Shown here piece by piece: positions 31,373-40,925 of a stretch of DNA of 64,000 bases (position 1 is its first letter; each line of letters begins with the position of its first letter). This DNA comes from an uncultured Chloroflexia bacterium (GTDB taxonomy: Bacteria > Chloroflexota > Limnocylindria > Limnocylindrales > CSP1-4), in assembly GCA_963713975.1 (NCBI GenBank), contig OY970218.1:2432001-2496000 (forward strand). The letters run 5' to 3'. A program made the position numbers and the translations under genes. The notes under the pieces were generated by a model. It saw only the letters and a program-made list of their open reading frames with translations. It had not been told where the DNA came from and ran no database searches.

Positions 31373-32644
31373 ATGGAGACAGACGGAAGGCGGCCGATGC
31401 GACGCCGGCTCGCATGGCTGGAGGTCCTGGCCGTCACGCTGCGGCTCGGCCTCACGTCGTTCGGCGGGCCCGTGGCCCATGTCGGCTACCAGCGGGCGAC
31501 GTTCGTCGTCCGACTGGGATGGCTCGACGAACGGGCCTTCGCGGAGCTGATCGCGCTGTGTCAGGCGCTGCCCGGGCCGGCGTCGAGCCAGCTCACCCTC
31601 GCCGTCGGGCGGCTGCGGGCCGGTTGGCCGGGAGCCGCCGCGGCCTGGCTGGGCTTCACGCTGCCGAGCGCCGTGCTGATGACCCTGCTCGGCCTCGTGG
31701 TGGTTGGCGCGACGATCCCGGAAGCCGGGCCCGTGGCCGGCGCGATCGCGGGACTCAAGGCAGCGGCGGTCGCCGTCGTGGCCCAGGCGGTCCTGGCGAT
31801 GGGCCGGCGGTTGACGCCGGACGCCCCGCGGATCGCGCTCGCAGTCGCCGCGGGGGTCGTGGCGCTGGCCTTCCCGTCACCGGCGACCCAGCCTCTGCTG
31901 ATCGTCGCCGGTGGACTGGCCGGCTGGGCCGGAGTGCGGCGGGTCACGGTGCCCGCCGGAGGGTTCACGGCCGACGGCGGCCCCCCGGCCGACCCGTCCA
32001 GCACGGGCACGGTGCAGGCAGGTGGGCATCGGACGGTCATCGTGCTCCTGGCCGCCTGGGTCGTGCTGCTGGCCAGCAGCCAGGTCGTCGCGTCCGCGAC
32101 CGGGCGACCGGACCTCGGCTTCCTCGCGGCCCTCGTGCGCGCGGGGGCGCTCGTGTTCGGCGGCGGCCACGTGGTGCTGCCGCTCCTGGACGCCGGCGTC
32201 GTCGAGCCCGGATGGGTCACGCAGAACGCGTTCCTCGCCGGGTACGGCGCCGCCCAGGCGCTCCCCGGACCGCTGTTCACGTTCGCGGCCTACCTGGGCG
32301 TCATCACGGCCTCTGGGCCTGGTGGCGTCGTGGGTGCGGTCACGGCCACCGTCGCGATCTTCCTGCCCGGATCGCTCCTCGTGCTAGCCCTGCTCCCGGT
32401 GCTCCGGCAGCTACGTGAGCGGCCGGCAGTCGCGGCGGCCCTCGCGGGGACGAATGCCGCCGTCGTGGGATTGCTCGCGGCCGCGCTGGTCACGCCGGTC
32501 GCGACGGGCGGCCTGACCTCGCCGGCGGCGTGGCTGGTCGCCGGCCTCGGAGCGGTCGGCCTCATCGGCGGTCGGGTGCCGCCGATCGTGGTGGTCGCCG
32601 TCAGTGCTGCCGCGATGGCGCTCGTCGGGCTCGCGCAGGGCTGA
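31373..32644 (+). CDS. chrA: Chromate efflux transporter, long-chain CHR
   Basis: GLTSFGGP..H, CQALPGPASSQ, GALVFGGGHVVLP and AQALPGPLF motifs; start could be 31397. Confidence 0.92.
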   Translation: METDGRRPMRRRLAWLEVLAVTLRLGLTSFGGPVAHVGYQRATFVVRLGWLDERAFAELIALCQALPGPASSQLTLAVGRLRAGWPGAAAAWLGFTLPSAVLMTLLGLVVVGATIPEAGPVAGAIAGLKAAAVAVVAQAVLAMGRRLTPDAPRIALAVAAGVVALAFPSPATQPLLIVAGGLAGWAGVRRVTVPAGGFTADGGPPADPSSTGTVQAGGHRTVIVLLAAWVVLLASSQVVASATGRPDLGFLAALVRAGALVFGGGHVVLPLLDAGVVEPGWVTQNAFLAGYGAAQALPGPLFTFAAYLGVITASGPGGVVGAVTATVAIFLPGSLLVLALLPVLRQLRERPAVAAALAGTNAAVVGLLAAALVTPVATGGLTSPAAWLVAGLGAVGLIGGRVPPIVVVAVSAAAMALVGLAQG

Positions 32645-32645
32645 G

Positions 32646-33035
32646 TCAGCCTCCCGCCACGCCCGTGGTCCATAGCCCGAACAGGGCGCCCAGGGTGACG
32701 ACGCCACCCGCGGCGACCCACCAGCCAACGCGGTCTGCGTGACGCCGCGCCGCCTCCAGACGCAGCCCGGGCACCGTCAGCACGGCGATCGCGGCGAACA
32801 GGAAGTGGAGCGGGCTGGCAGGCGGTCCGACGCCGATCAGGATGCCGGGTCCGAGCATCAGGGCGACGACCGTCGCGCCGGTTAGCACGATGGCCAGCAG
32901 GTCGAGCCAGGCCCGTGCGCGGATGACCCCCGCGCCGTCGAGGACTCCGAGGATCACGAGGACCACGGCGCTCACGGCCGCGACGATGGCAGCCCAGACG
33001 TGGGGGGCGACGAGCGCGGATCCGAGAGCTTCCAT
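32646..33035 (-). CDS. Small integral membrane protein (4 TM)
   Basis: Four hydrophobic segments; leaderless TACCGT-N6-ATG. Confidence 0.7.
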   Translation of the reverse strand: MEALGSALVAPHVWAAIVAAVSAVVLVILGVLDGAGVIRARAWLDLLAIVLTGATVVALMLGPGILIGVGPPASPLHFLFAAIAVLTVPGLRLEAARRHADRVGWWVAAGGVVTLGALFGLWTTGVAGG

Positions 33036-33144
33036 GCCTTCACGGTACCGCGAGCCGGCCTAGCGCGGACCGCGTTCACGCCCGGCTGTCGGCCAGGCGG
33101 GCCGGCCCCTGTCCTCTGACAGCAGGGACCCCTGTCTCCGAATA

Positions 33145-33183
33145 TCAAGGGCGCTTGACGATGATTGCGGACGCACGTACGAT
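33145..33183 (+). promoter_or_regulatory. sigma70 promoter of the FTR1 gene with an overlapping inverted repeat
   Basis: TTGACG(33155)-N17-TACGAT(33178); TCAAG-ggcg-CTTGA inverted repeat overlaps the -35. Confidence 0.6.
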
Positions 33184-33258
33184 GACGCCCGAAGTCACGC
33201 TCCCGATCCCGCAGGGCGTCCCCGCGCCCCGCCCATCCTGCGCTACCTGGAGCTCCAC

Positions 33259-34158
33259 ATGGACGTCGGGTCCTTTACCAGCGGCCTGCTCACCGGTCTT
33301 CGCGAAGGGGTCGAGGCGGCCCTGATCGTGAGCATCATCCTCACGTACCTCGTCCGCACCGGGAACCGTCGGCACTTCCCGATGATCTGGGTCGGCACCG
33401 GCGCGGCAGTGGCCCTCTCGCTCGTGGCGGGTGTCGGCCTGTTTGCCACGATCGGCGGTCTCGAGTCGCCCTACGAGCAGATCTTCGAGGGGCTCACGAT
33501 GCTGCTGGCCGCGGCCGTGGTGACGTGGATGCTGTTCTGGATGCGCCGCCAGGCCGGGTCCGCCCGGAACGAGCTCCAATCCTCCGTGGACCGGGCGCTC
33601 TCGCAGGGCAGCGCCGTCGGGCTTGCCATCCTCGCATTCACGGCCGTGATCCGCGAGGGGCTCGAGACCGCCTTGTTCCTGGTTGGCCAGGCGACATCCG
33701 CCGAAACGGCAGCGTCCGGCGTCCTCCTGGGGGCCCTCGTCGGGCTTGGGATCGCGGTGCTGCTCGGCATCGGGTTCTACCGCGGCGCGAAGCTCGTCAA
33801 CCTGCGCACCTTCTTCAAGTGGACGGGCATCGCGCTGATCTTCATTGCCGCCGGCCTGGTCTCGCGGGCGGTCCACGAGTTCGTGGAGATCGGCTGGATC
33901 ACGATCGGCACCTCGCAGGCATTCGACCTGTCGTCCGCGCTTCCGCACGCGGCCATCGAGGGTGCTCCAGGGGGCGTGGTCGTGGTGGCCGGGCAGTTCC
34001 TCCGGGCCCTGTTCGGCTACTCGTCGCAACCGGAGCTGATCACGTTCCTGGCCTGGGCGGGGTATGTCGTGATCGTGCTCATCCTGTACCTGCGGCCGCT
34101 GTCGCCCAGCCCGGCTCCGGTGGGAGCACCCAGCCCCGCGGCGGCCGGCAAGGGCTGA
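33259..34158 (+). CDS. efeU: FTR1/EfeU-family iron permease
   Basis: Two RExxE motifs (LREGVEA, IREGLET) and about 7 TM segments. Confidence 0.92.
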   Translation: MDVGSFTSGLLTGLREGVEAALIVSIILTYLVRTGNRRHFPMIWVGTGAAVALSLVAGVGLFATIGGLESPYEQIFEGLTMLLAAAVVTWMLFWMRRQAGSARNELQSSVDRALSQGSAVGLAILAFTAVIREGLETALFLVGQATSAETAASGVLLGALVGLGIAVLLGIGFYRGAKLVNLRTFFKWTGIALIFIAAGLVSRAVHEFVEIGWITIGTSQAFDLSSALPHAAIEGAPGGVVVVAGQFLRALFGYSSQPELITFLAWAGYVVIVLILYLRPLSPSPAPVGAPSPAAAGKG

Positions 34159-34281
34159 TCCGCCCCCGGCGAAGTCGTGGTGGCACCTTGACCGGTCGGC
34201 GCCGTCCTCAGACGATACCGAGGAAGGTGCCTCGCACTCGGTCCCGGGATCGTGTGCGGTGCGGAACGCAGGGGGCGTCAA

Positions 34282-35202
34282 ATGCCCGCCGATCACCAGC
34301 CGCTCGCCCGTGGCGTCCCGTTCTGGCGCTGGGCAGCCGTCACGATGCTTTCGATCGCGCTCGCGGCCTGTGCCCAGCCGCCGGAGGGCTCGTCCCCGGG
34401 TGCATGGCCGGATGGCCCCGTCGTGCACGAGGTCGGCCCCGACTTCGGCGCGCGTCCGCCGGGCCCGCTTATCAAGCTGGAGTCGGGCCGTCTGTCCGAT
34501 GACGGGACCACGATCACGGTCATCTTCACCGCGGGCAAGCCATTCGACCCCGCGAACCCCTGCGCTCGGGAGGACATCCGGGCTTGGGCCGGTCCCGATG
34601 ACGAGGGCGGGCTGGGTGTCGCGGTCGGCAGCTTCACGGTGCCCAGCGCAGCCACCTTCGCGCCCGACGGCAGGCTCATGGGGTGCACGCTCGAGGGCTG
34701 GACGCACGAGGCCCACCTGCACCTGGCCGCTCCGTATGCCGGCCGCTCGATCCGGGATCTTGCCGCCAACCGCGTCCTGTGGGTCGATCCGCCGGAGCCC
34801 TACATCGTGCCCGGCGGCCTGCCCGACGGCTGGGTGCTCGAGCAGGACTTCTCGTCGGGATGGGAGACGCCGGCCGTCTGGACGTCCGTCTTCGCCGCTC
34901 CCGACGTCAACCCCGACTTCGGCTGGGGTGACCCGGGGCACCTGGTGCTGCGCCAGGGACTCGAAGGTGCACCCGCAGCCGTGCTCGAGGATCCCGCGAC
35001 AGCCGAGCACGTGACCGTGGCTGGCCGGGCCTGCACCCTGCGTCGCGACGCCGTCAGCGGCCAGCTCGAGCTCGCCTGGTCCTTCGACGGCGTGCCGCTG
35101 CTGCTGACCGGCTACGAGCAGGACCTCACCAGGGAGACGTTCCTCGCATTCGCCGCGGCCCTGCGACGCGACGACCAGCCTCGACCGGTGTCCACGCCGT
35201 AG
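34282..35202 (+). CDS. Hypothetical lipoprotein
   Basis: Hydrophobic signal ending in the ALAAC lipobox; coding-like GC3. Confidence 0.65.
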   Translation: MPADHQPLARGVPFWRWAAVTMLSIALAACAQPPEGSSPGAWPDGPVVHEVGPDFGARPPGPLIKLESGRLSDDGTTITVIFTAGKPFDPANPCAREDIRAWAGPDDEGGLGVAVGSFTVPSAATFAPDGRLMGCTLEGWTHEAHLHLAAPYAGRSIRDLAANRVLWVDPPEPYIVPGGLPDGWVLEQDFSSGWETPAVWTSVFAAPDVNPDFGWGDPGHLVLRQGLEGAPAAVLEDPATAEHVTVAGRACTLRRDAVSGQLELAWSFDGVPLLLTGYEQDLTRETFLAFAAALRRDDQPRPVSTP

Positions 35203-35235
35203 GAGGACGCGGGCCGGGTGCTCCCAGGCCAGGCG

Positions 35236-36531
35236 TCAGCTGCCGGTCACCAGGCGCAGGACGCGACCCGACAGGTCGGTCAGGTAGACCTCGCCGTCCT
35301 CACCGGTCCCGATCGAGCTGATCGATGCGCCGGTCTCCAGAAGCGTGACCGGCGCCTGGGCGTCCTGGAGTCCCGCGTCGAGGCCCCACAGGGTTCCGCT
35401 GCAGTAATCCGAGAACAGGTATCCGCCCTGCAGCGGCGGGATCTCGTTGCCGCGATAGACAACCCCGCCGATCACCGAGCAGCCGGCTCCGTGCCCATAC
35501 TCGGCGACGGGCATCGTCACGCCCGCCGGGTCGCAGCCGGTCGCCGGTTCGTAGCAGTGCCGACCCTCCCAACGACGCCAGCCGAAGTCGAGGCCGCGCG
35601 CGTCGGCAGAGGCGGTGTCGACCTCTTCCCACGCGTTCTGGCCCACATCCCCGATCCAGAGGTCGCCGGTGGCCGGGTCGATGCTCGCCCGGAACGGGTT
35701 GCGCAGGCCAAGGTGCATGATCTCCGCCCGGGCGCCGGTGCGGCTCGCATATGGGTTGTCGGCGGGGATCAGGTACGGATCACCGCCGGTTGCTCCGAGG
35801 ACGTCGAGCCGCAGCATCTTGCCCAGGAGCTGGGACGGGTCCGACGCGCGGTTCTCGGGGTCGCCGCCCGCGCCACCATCGCCGAGGGCGACGAGCAGCA
35901 TGCCGGTCTTGTCGAAGCCGATCCAGCCGCCGTTGTGGTTGCTGTAGGGCTGGGGCTCGGTGAGGATGACGCGCTCCGAGGCCGGGTCGAGCTGGTTCGT
36001 GTCATGGGGATCGAGGCGGAACGCGCTGATCACGGTCGCGCCGTCCCTCCCCGAGTAGTGGACGTAGACCTCCGGGCGTGCGGGCCCGAACCCGGGCGGG
36101 AACGCGACACCCAGCAGGCCGCGCTCGCCGCCGGCAGTGACGCGGTCCTTGATGTCCAGGAACGGGGTTGCCGCGAGCGCGCCTTCGGACACGATCCGGA
36201 TCCTGCCGGGCTGCTCGGCCACGAACAGGCGGTTCGAACCGTCCCCGGCGTTGGTGACCCAGACCGGATTGTCGAGGCCTTCGACGAGGGGCTCGACGGC
36301 AACCTTCACGCCTGCGAGGTCGGGACGATCCGGGGCGGCCGGGGTTCCGCCCGGAGATCCCGCCGGATTCCCGCCGGGAGTCCCGCTTGGCGCGACCGGT
36401 GCCGTGGAGGGGACCGCGGTCGCGGCAGACTCCGGCGCCGACGAGGTCGCCCCTCCGCAGCCCACCGCCAGGAGCGCCACGAGGGCCAGGGTCGCGAGCG
36501 GGGGCAGGGTGATCATGCGGTGCATCGTCAA
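35236..36531 (-). CDS. PQQ-dependent sugar dehydrogenase (GSDH beta-propeller) lipoprotein
   Basis: LAVGC lipobox; ERGLLG, NHNGG, GDGG, GLRNP and GDVGQNAWEE motifs. Confidence 0.9.
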   Translation of the reverse strand: MTMHRMITLPPLATLALVALLAVGCGGATSSAPESAATAVPSTAPVAPSGTPGGNPAGSPGGTPAAPDRPDLAGVKVAVEPLVEGLDNPVWVTNAGDGSNRLFVAEQPGRIRIVSEGALAATPFLDIKDRVTAGGERGLLGVAFPPGFGPARPEVYVHYSGRDGATVISAFRLDPHDTNQLDPASERVILTEPQPYSNHNGGWIGFDKTGMLLVALGDGGAGGDPENRASDPSQLLGKMLRLDVLGATGGDPYLIPADNPYASRTGARAEIMHLGLRNPFRASIDPATGDLWIGDVGQNAWEEVDTASADARGLDFGWRRWEGRHCYEPATGCDPAGVTMPVAEYGHGAGCSVIGGVVYRGNEIPPLQGGYLFSDYCSGTLWGLDAGLQDAQAPVTLLETGASISSIGTGEDGEVYLTDLSGRVLRLVTGS

Positions 36532-37265
36532 CCTGTATCACGCAGCCGATCGACGCGCGCGGCGAAGGCCTCCGCCAGCAGGGCGTTCGAGCCGTCCTCG
36601 TCGTGGCGGAGCACCACGTAGGCATCCATGCCGTCATCGAGGAACGGGACGAGGCGCGCGGCCCAGGCGTCCAGCGCTGCCTCGTCGTAGACCGAGCGCC
36701 GGAGCCGCAGGTACAGGAACGGGCCAGTGCGGCGGATGTCGGGTGTCTCCTCCTGGTCGTCGAGGTCGGTCGTGCACAGGACTGCACCGGCCGCGCGCAG
36801 GGCCGCGAATGTCTCGTCGACGTGCCAGCTCGGGTGCTGCGCCTCGACCACGAGGGGGATCGATGCCGGCCACGCGGCGAGCAGCCCGGCCAGGCGTTCG
36901 TCGTCCCGGGCTGACGGGCCGGCGATGCGGAACAGCACCCCGCCCAGCCGCGCCCCGAAGCCGGGCAGCGACTCCGTGAGCCACGGGACGGACTCGGTCG
37001 GGTCACCGTACAGGGCACGGACACTGGCGCCGCGCTGCGCCTTCACGATGAAGCGGAAGCCCGGCGGCGTGGCGGCGCACCAGGCGTCGATCCTCGCGGT
37101 GGTCGGGCGCGCATAGAAGGTGTTGTTCAGCTCCAGGGCGGGGAGGCGCCCGGCGTAGTGGGGGAGCAGGTCGCGTGACCGTGCGCGGACCGGGTAGAAG
37201 CGAGGAGCCCAGGCCGGGTAGGCGAAGCCGCTCGTCCCGGCGTACAGGATGCCCGGGTGCCGCAC
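36528..37265 (-). CDS. DUF72 family protein
   Basis: GTSGFAY..W, ELNNTFY, FIVKA and YLRL motifs; start approximate. Confidence 0.88.
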   Translation of the reverse strand: MRHPGILYAGTSGFAYPAWAPRFYPVRARSRDLLPHYAGRLPALELNNTFYARPTTARIDAWCAATPPGFRFIVKAQRGASVRALYGDPTESVPWLTESLPGFGARLGGVLFRIAGPSARDDERLAGLLAAWPASIPLVVEAQHPSWHVDETFAALRAAGAVLCTTDLDDQEETPDIRRTGPFLYLRLRRSVYDEAALDAWAARLVPFLDDGMDAYVVLRHDEDGSNALLAEAFAARVDRLRDTG

Positions 37266-37282
37266 CGGCACCGGTGCCGGCG

Positions 37283-37834
37283 TCAGGCCTTGTCCGTGGC
37301 GCACACGGAATCCTCGAGCGCGTCGCGCCCGAGCTCGTCCAGGATATCCGTGCAGCCGCGCTGGATCGCCGCCCGGTCCTGGTCCCGGGTCGGCGCAAGG
37401 AAGTACCGCTGCACGCCGTCCAGGTGGGTCCGTGAGGCGGCGCGCAGGCGTTCCAGGCCGGCCGTCGTCAGCGCCGCCTCCGCACCGCGCGCATCGGTCG
37501 TGCAGGCGGAGCGCGTCACCATTCCCGCCGCCTCGAGACGGTCCACGAGGCGCGTGATCCCGCTGCGGGACAGCAGCACGCGCTCCGCGAGGACGCTCAT
37601 CCGGAGCCGCCGGCCGGGAGCGTTCACCAGCTGGAGCAGCGCGTCGTACTCGGCGAGGGAGAGGTGGTGCGCCTCCTGCAGCTCGTCGTCCAGGCGGCGT
37701 TGCAGGCGCGCATTCGCGTGGATGAACGACCGCCATGCGCCGAGGCGCGGGTCGTCGGGGGCGGGCGCGGGCGTGCCGGGAGCCGTGGTCGCCGCGAGTG
37801 CCGTGTTCGTGCCTGCGGCGAGATCGGAGGTCAT
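37283..37834 (-). CDS. MarR-family transcriptional regulator
   Basis: LSLAEYDAL...LRMSVLAERVLLSRSGITRLVDRLE...DARG. Confidence 0.92.
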   Translation of the reverse strand: MTSDLAAGTNTALAATTAPGTPAPAPDDPRLGAWRSFIHANARLQRRLDDELQEAHHLSLAEYDALLQLVNAPGRRLRMSVLAERVLLSRSGITRLVDRLEAAGMVTRSACTTDARGAEAALTTAGLERLRAASRTHLDGVQRYFLAPTRDQDRAAIQRGCTDILDELGRDALEDSVCATDKA

Positions 37835-37840
37835 GGCGTC

Positions 37841-37878
37841 ATCCTAACGCATCCCGGAGATAGTTGACACCGCAACGA
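37841..37878. promoter_or_regulatory. MarR leaderless promoter with a GTTG-N6-CAAC operator-like palindrome
   Basis: TAGGAT-N6-ATG on the minus strand; TAGTTGACACCGCAAC at 37861-37876. Confidence 0.5.
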
Positions 37879-38004
37879 GCCGAACCGGCTGCACAAGGGG
37901 CGGCCCGGCCGCGACCCCTCAGCGGCCGCCGGCCGCCCGGCGCCAACCCGCGCCGCGTCCTCCCTCGCGGTACGATCGATACCCCGACCCAGCGCGAGGA
38001 TCCC

Positions 38005-39267
38005 ATGCCGCAGTTCGACGTCCAGGCGCTCCGCGCCCGTTTTCCGGCCTTGGCCATCGAGCAGGACGGCGTCCCAGTGGCGCTGTTCGACGGACCCGGC
38101 GGCACGCAGGTCCCGGACTCGGTGATCGAGGCCGTCTCCGCCTACTACCGGACCTCCAACGCGAACCACGACGGGACGTTCCTCACCTCGCGCCGCAGCG
38201 ACGCGATCGTCGAGGACGCGCATGCCGCGCTCGCCGACCTGCTCAACGCCGCGGACCCATCGGAGATCAAGCTCGGCGCGAACATGACCTCGCTCACGAT
38301 GCACTTCTCGCGGTCGATCGCAGCCTCGCTGCAGCCGGGCGACGAGATCGTGGTCACCTCCCTCGACCACGAGGGGAACGTGGGCCCCTGGCGCAGCGCG
38401 GCGGCGGACCGGGGACTGGTCGTCCGGACCGTGGACGTGCGCCCGGACGACGTCACGCTCGACATCGAGGCGTTCGACGCCATCCTGCACGGGCGCCCGA
38501 AGCTGGTGGCCTTCGGCTGGGCGTCGAACGCGGTGGGGACGATCAACCCGGTCGCGGAGCTGGTCCGCCGCGCCCATGAGGCGGGCGCGCTGACCTTCGT
38601 GGACGCGGTCCACGCCGCGCCGCACCTGCCCATCGACGTCCAGGCCATCGGCACCGACTTCCTCGCCTGCTCGGTCTACAAGTTCTTCGGCCCGCATGTC
38701 GGCGTGCTCTACGGACGCGCCGACGCCATGGCGGCCCTGCCGACCTACCGGCTGCGCGTCGCCCACGACCACTTCGAGACCGGCACGCTCAACTTCGAGG
38801 GCATCGCCGGGTCGCGGGCGGCGGTGGAGTACATCGCGGACGTGGGTCGTGCCTTTGGCGCCCAGTTCGAGGACCAGTTCCCTGGCATGACGGGCCGTCG
38901 CCTCGCTGTCCATGCGGGCCTGGCGGCCATTCGCGCCTACGAGATGCCCCTGTTCGGCCGCCTGCTCGATGGCCTGGAGGCGATCCCCGGCGCGAAGGTG
39001 TGGGGGATCTCGGATCGCTCCCGCTTCGAGGAGCGCACGCCAACTGCCGCCGTGACGTTCACCGGGACCAGCCCGGAGGAGGTCTCGATTGCCCTGGGTG
39101 ATCGTGGCATCGCCACCTGGTGGGGCAACTTCTACGCGGCGGGCGTCGTGGAGCGGCTCGGCCTGGAGCCGCGCGGCGTGCTGCGCATCGGCCTGACCCA
39201 CTACAACACGGCGGCCGAGGTGGACCGCCTGCTGGCCGAGCTGCGGGACATCACGGCGAGCGCGTGA
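38005..39267 (+). CDS. Cysteine desulfurase-like PLP enzyme (VC1184 subfamily)
   Basis: RARFPAL, FDGPGGTQVP, LDHEGN..PW, VDAVH, CSVYKFFGPH and HYNT..EVDR motifs. Confidence 0.9.
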   Translation: MPQFDVQALRARFPALAIEQDGVPVALFDGPGGTQVPDSVIEAVSAYYRTSNANHDGTFLTSRRSDAIVEDAHAALADLLNAADPSEIKLGANMTSLTMHFSRSIAASLQPGDEIVVTSLDHEGNVGPWRSAAADRGLVVRTVDVRPDDVTLDIEAFDAILHGRPKLVAFGWASNAVGTINPVAELVRRAHEAGALTFVDAVHAAPHLPIDVQAIGTDFLACSVYKFFGPHVGVLYGRADAMAALPTYRLRVAHDHFETGTLNFEGIAGSRAAVEYIADVGRAFGAQFEDQFPGMTGRRLAVHAGLAAIRAYEMPLFGRLLDGLEAIPGAKVWGISDRSRFEERTPTAAVTFTGTSPEEVSIALGDRGIATWWGNFYAAGVVERLGLEPRGVLRIGLTHYNTAAEVDRLLAELRDITASA

Positions 39268-39549
39268 GGCGTCTCCCGCCGGCCCGGCCCCGCGTCGGCC
39301 ACCGGCGGCGCGCCCGCGTGGGCCTCCCGGCGGCCCGTTTGGCGCCGGGAGACGACATCCTCCTCGCACCAGCGAGCAATCAGGGGCGAACCGGGCCCTC
39401 TGTCCCCCCAATGCTCGCCATCGGCGAGCGATCCAGCGATCACTGCCGTCGCCTGGACCGCCTGGCGGCCGGGTCTGCGGCGTCCGGTCGGGTGGCGGAC
39501 GTGAGGCATCTGCCGCGGTCGCGGCCCCGCGTCGGCCGCGGTTGCCGCC

Positions 39550-40791
39550 CTAGTTGGACGCGAGCCGGTACACCGCGCCGTTGAGATCGGCGAGGAACAG
39601 CTCGCCGGCGTCGTTCTCGCCAAACCCGCTGACCAGGCGCCCGGAGCCGGCGCCAAGGAGCCGGACCGGCGTGGCGGGCTTGGACGCCGTGGATGACACG
39701 GCCCAGACCTCGCCGCTGCAGTAGTCGCCGTAGACGTACCAGCCGCGGAGCGCCGCGATGGCCGAGCCGCGGTACACGTTGCCGCCGGTGATCGAGCACC
39801 GGCCGTTCGATCCATGCGCGTACTCGACCAATGGTGTCCGCTTGGCGCTCTTCGAGCACCCGCTGGACGGCTTGTAGCAGTGGCGACCCTCCATCACCCG
39901 CCAGCCCCAGTTGACGGCGCGACCGGGCCCGGAGCTCGTGCGGACGGCTCGGTCCACCTCCTCGTACTTGTTCTGCCCCACGTCGCCGATCCACAGGTTG
40001 CCGTTGGCGCGGTCGAAGGAGAAGCGCCACGGGTTCCGCAGGCCGCGCTGCCAGATCTCGTTGCGACCGGGCCGTCCGACATACGGGTTGGACGCCGGGA
40101 CCTTGTACGGCTTGCTCGCGGTCCTGCCATTCACGTTGATGCGCAGCATCTTGCCCAGCAGGCTCGAGGTGCTCTGCGCACGATTGCCGGGGTCGCCGCC
40201 GCTGCCCCCGTCGCCCGTGCCGATGTAGAGGTAGCCGTCCTTCCCGAAGGCGAGCATGCCGCCGTTGTGGTTCGAGTACGGCTGCTTGATCGTGAGCAGC
40301 GTCCGGCCCGAGCCCGAGGCCACGACATCCGGGTTCGACGCCGATGCCTTGTACTCGCGGATCACCGTGTTGCCGCTGGTATTCGTGTAGTTCACGTAGA
40401 ACTTGCGGTTGGTCTTGAACGACGGGTGGAACGCGAGCCCGAGCAGTCCCTGCTCACTGCCCTTGGAGACCGCGGCAGAGAGGTTGAGGAACGACGCGGA
40501 GAGCAGCGAGCCGCCCTTCACGATCCGGATGTGGCCGCCCTTGGAGACGATGAACAGCCGGTTGGTTCCGTCGCGGGGACTTGTGACCAGGACCGGCTTG
40601 GCCACGTCGGCCACCTTGACCAGTCGGACGGTGGACGACGTCGGGGCTGCCGGGGCAATCGATCCGTCGACAAGCCGCGTCGGGAAAGCGGCGGCGCCCA
40701 CCTGGCCGGGGAGGGAACCCGCGAGCAACAGGCCGCCGAGGATCGCGATGCCGGCGGCGTGGATGTGGCGGAAGGGTGTCGGATGTCGCAT
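39550..40791 (-). CDS. PQQ-dependent sugar dehydrogenase (GSDH), secreted and basic
   Basis: Signal peptide; EQGLLG, NHNGG, GLRNPWRFSFD and GDVGQNKYEE motifs. Confidence 0.9.
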   Translation of the reverse strand: MRHPTPFRHIHAAGIAILGGLLLAGSLPGQVGAAAFPTRLVDGSIAPAAPTSSTVRLVKVADVAKPVLVTSPRDGTNRLFIVSKGGHIRIVKGGSLLSASFLNLSAAVSKGSEQGLLGLAFHPSFKTNRKFYVNYTNTSGNTVIREYKASASNPDVVASGSGRTLLTIKQPYSNHNGGMLAFGKDGYLYIGTGDGGSGGDPGNRAQSTSSLLGKMLRINVNGRTASKPYKVPASNPYVGRPGRNEIWQRGLRNPWRFSFDRANGNLWIGDVGQNKYEEVDRAVRTSSGPGRAVNWGWRVMEGRHCYKPSSGCSKSAKRTPLVEYAHGSNGRCSITGGNVYRGSAIAALRGWYVYGDYCSGEVWAVSSTASKPATPVRLLGAGSGRLVSGFGENDAGELFLADLNGAVYRLASN

Positions 40792-40925
40792 CGGCCTGCC
40801 TGCTGTCTGGGGTCGCGTGAGGTGCCATCCTGCCCTCGGACGCCGATCCTGTCGACTCCACCCGCTGGCGGGGTGATCGCATGACGGCTGGGCGGTCCAC
40901 CCCACGGCCACCGTATCCTCGCGGC

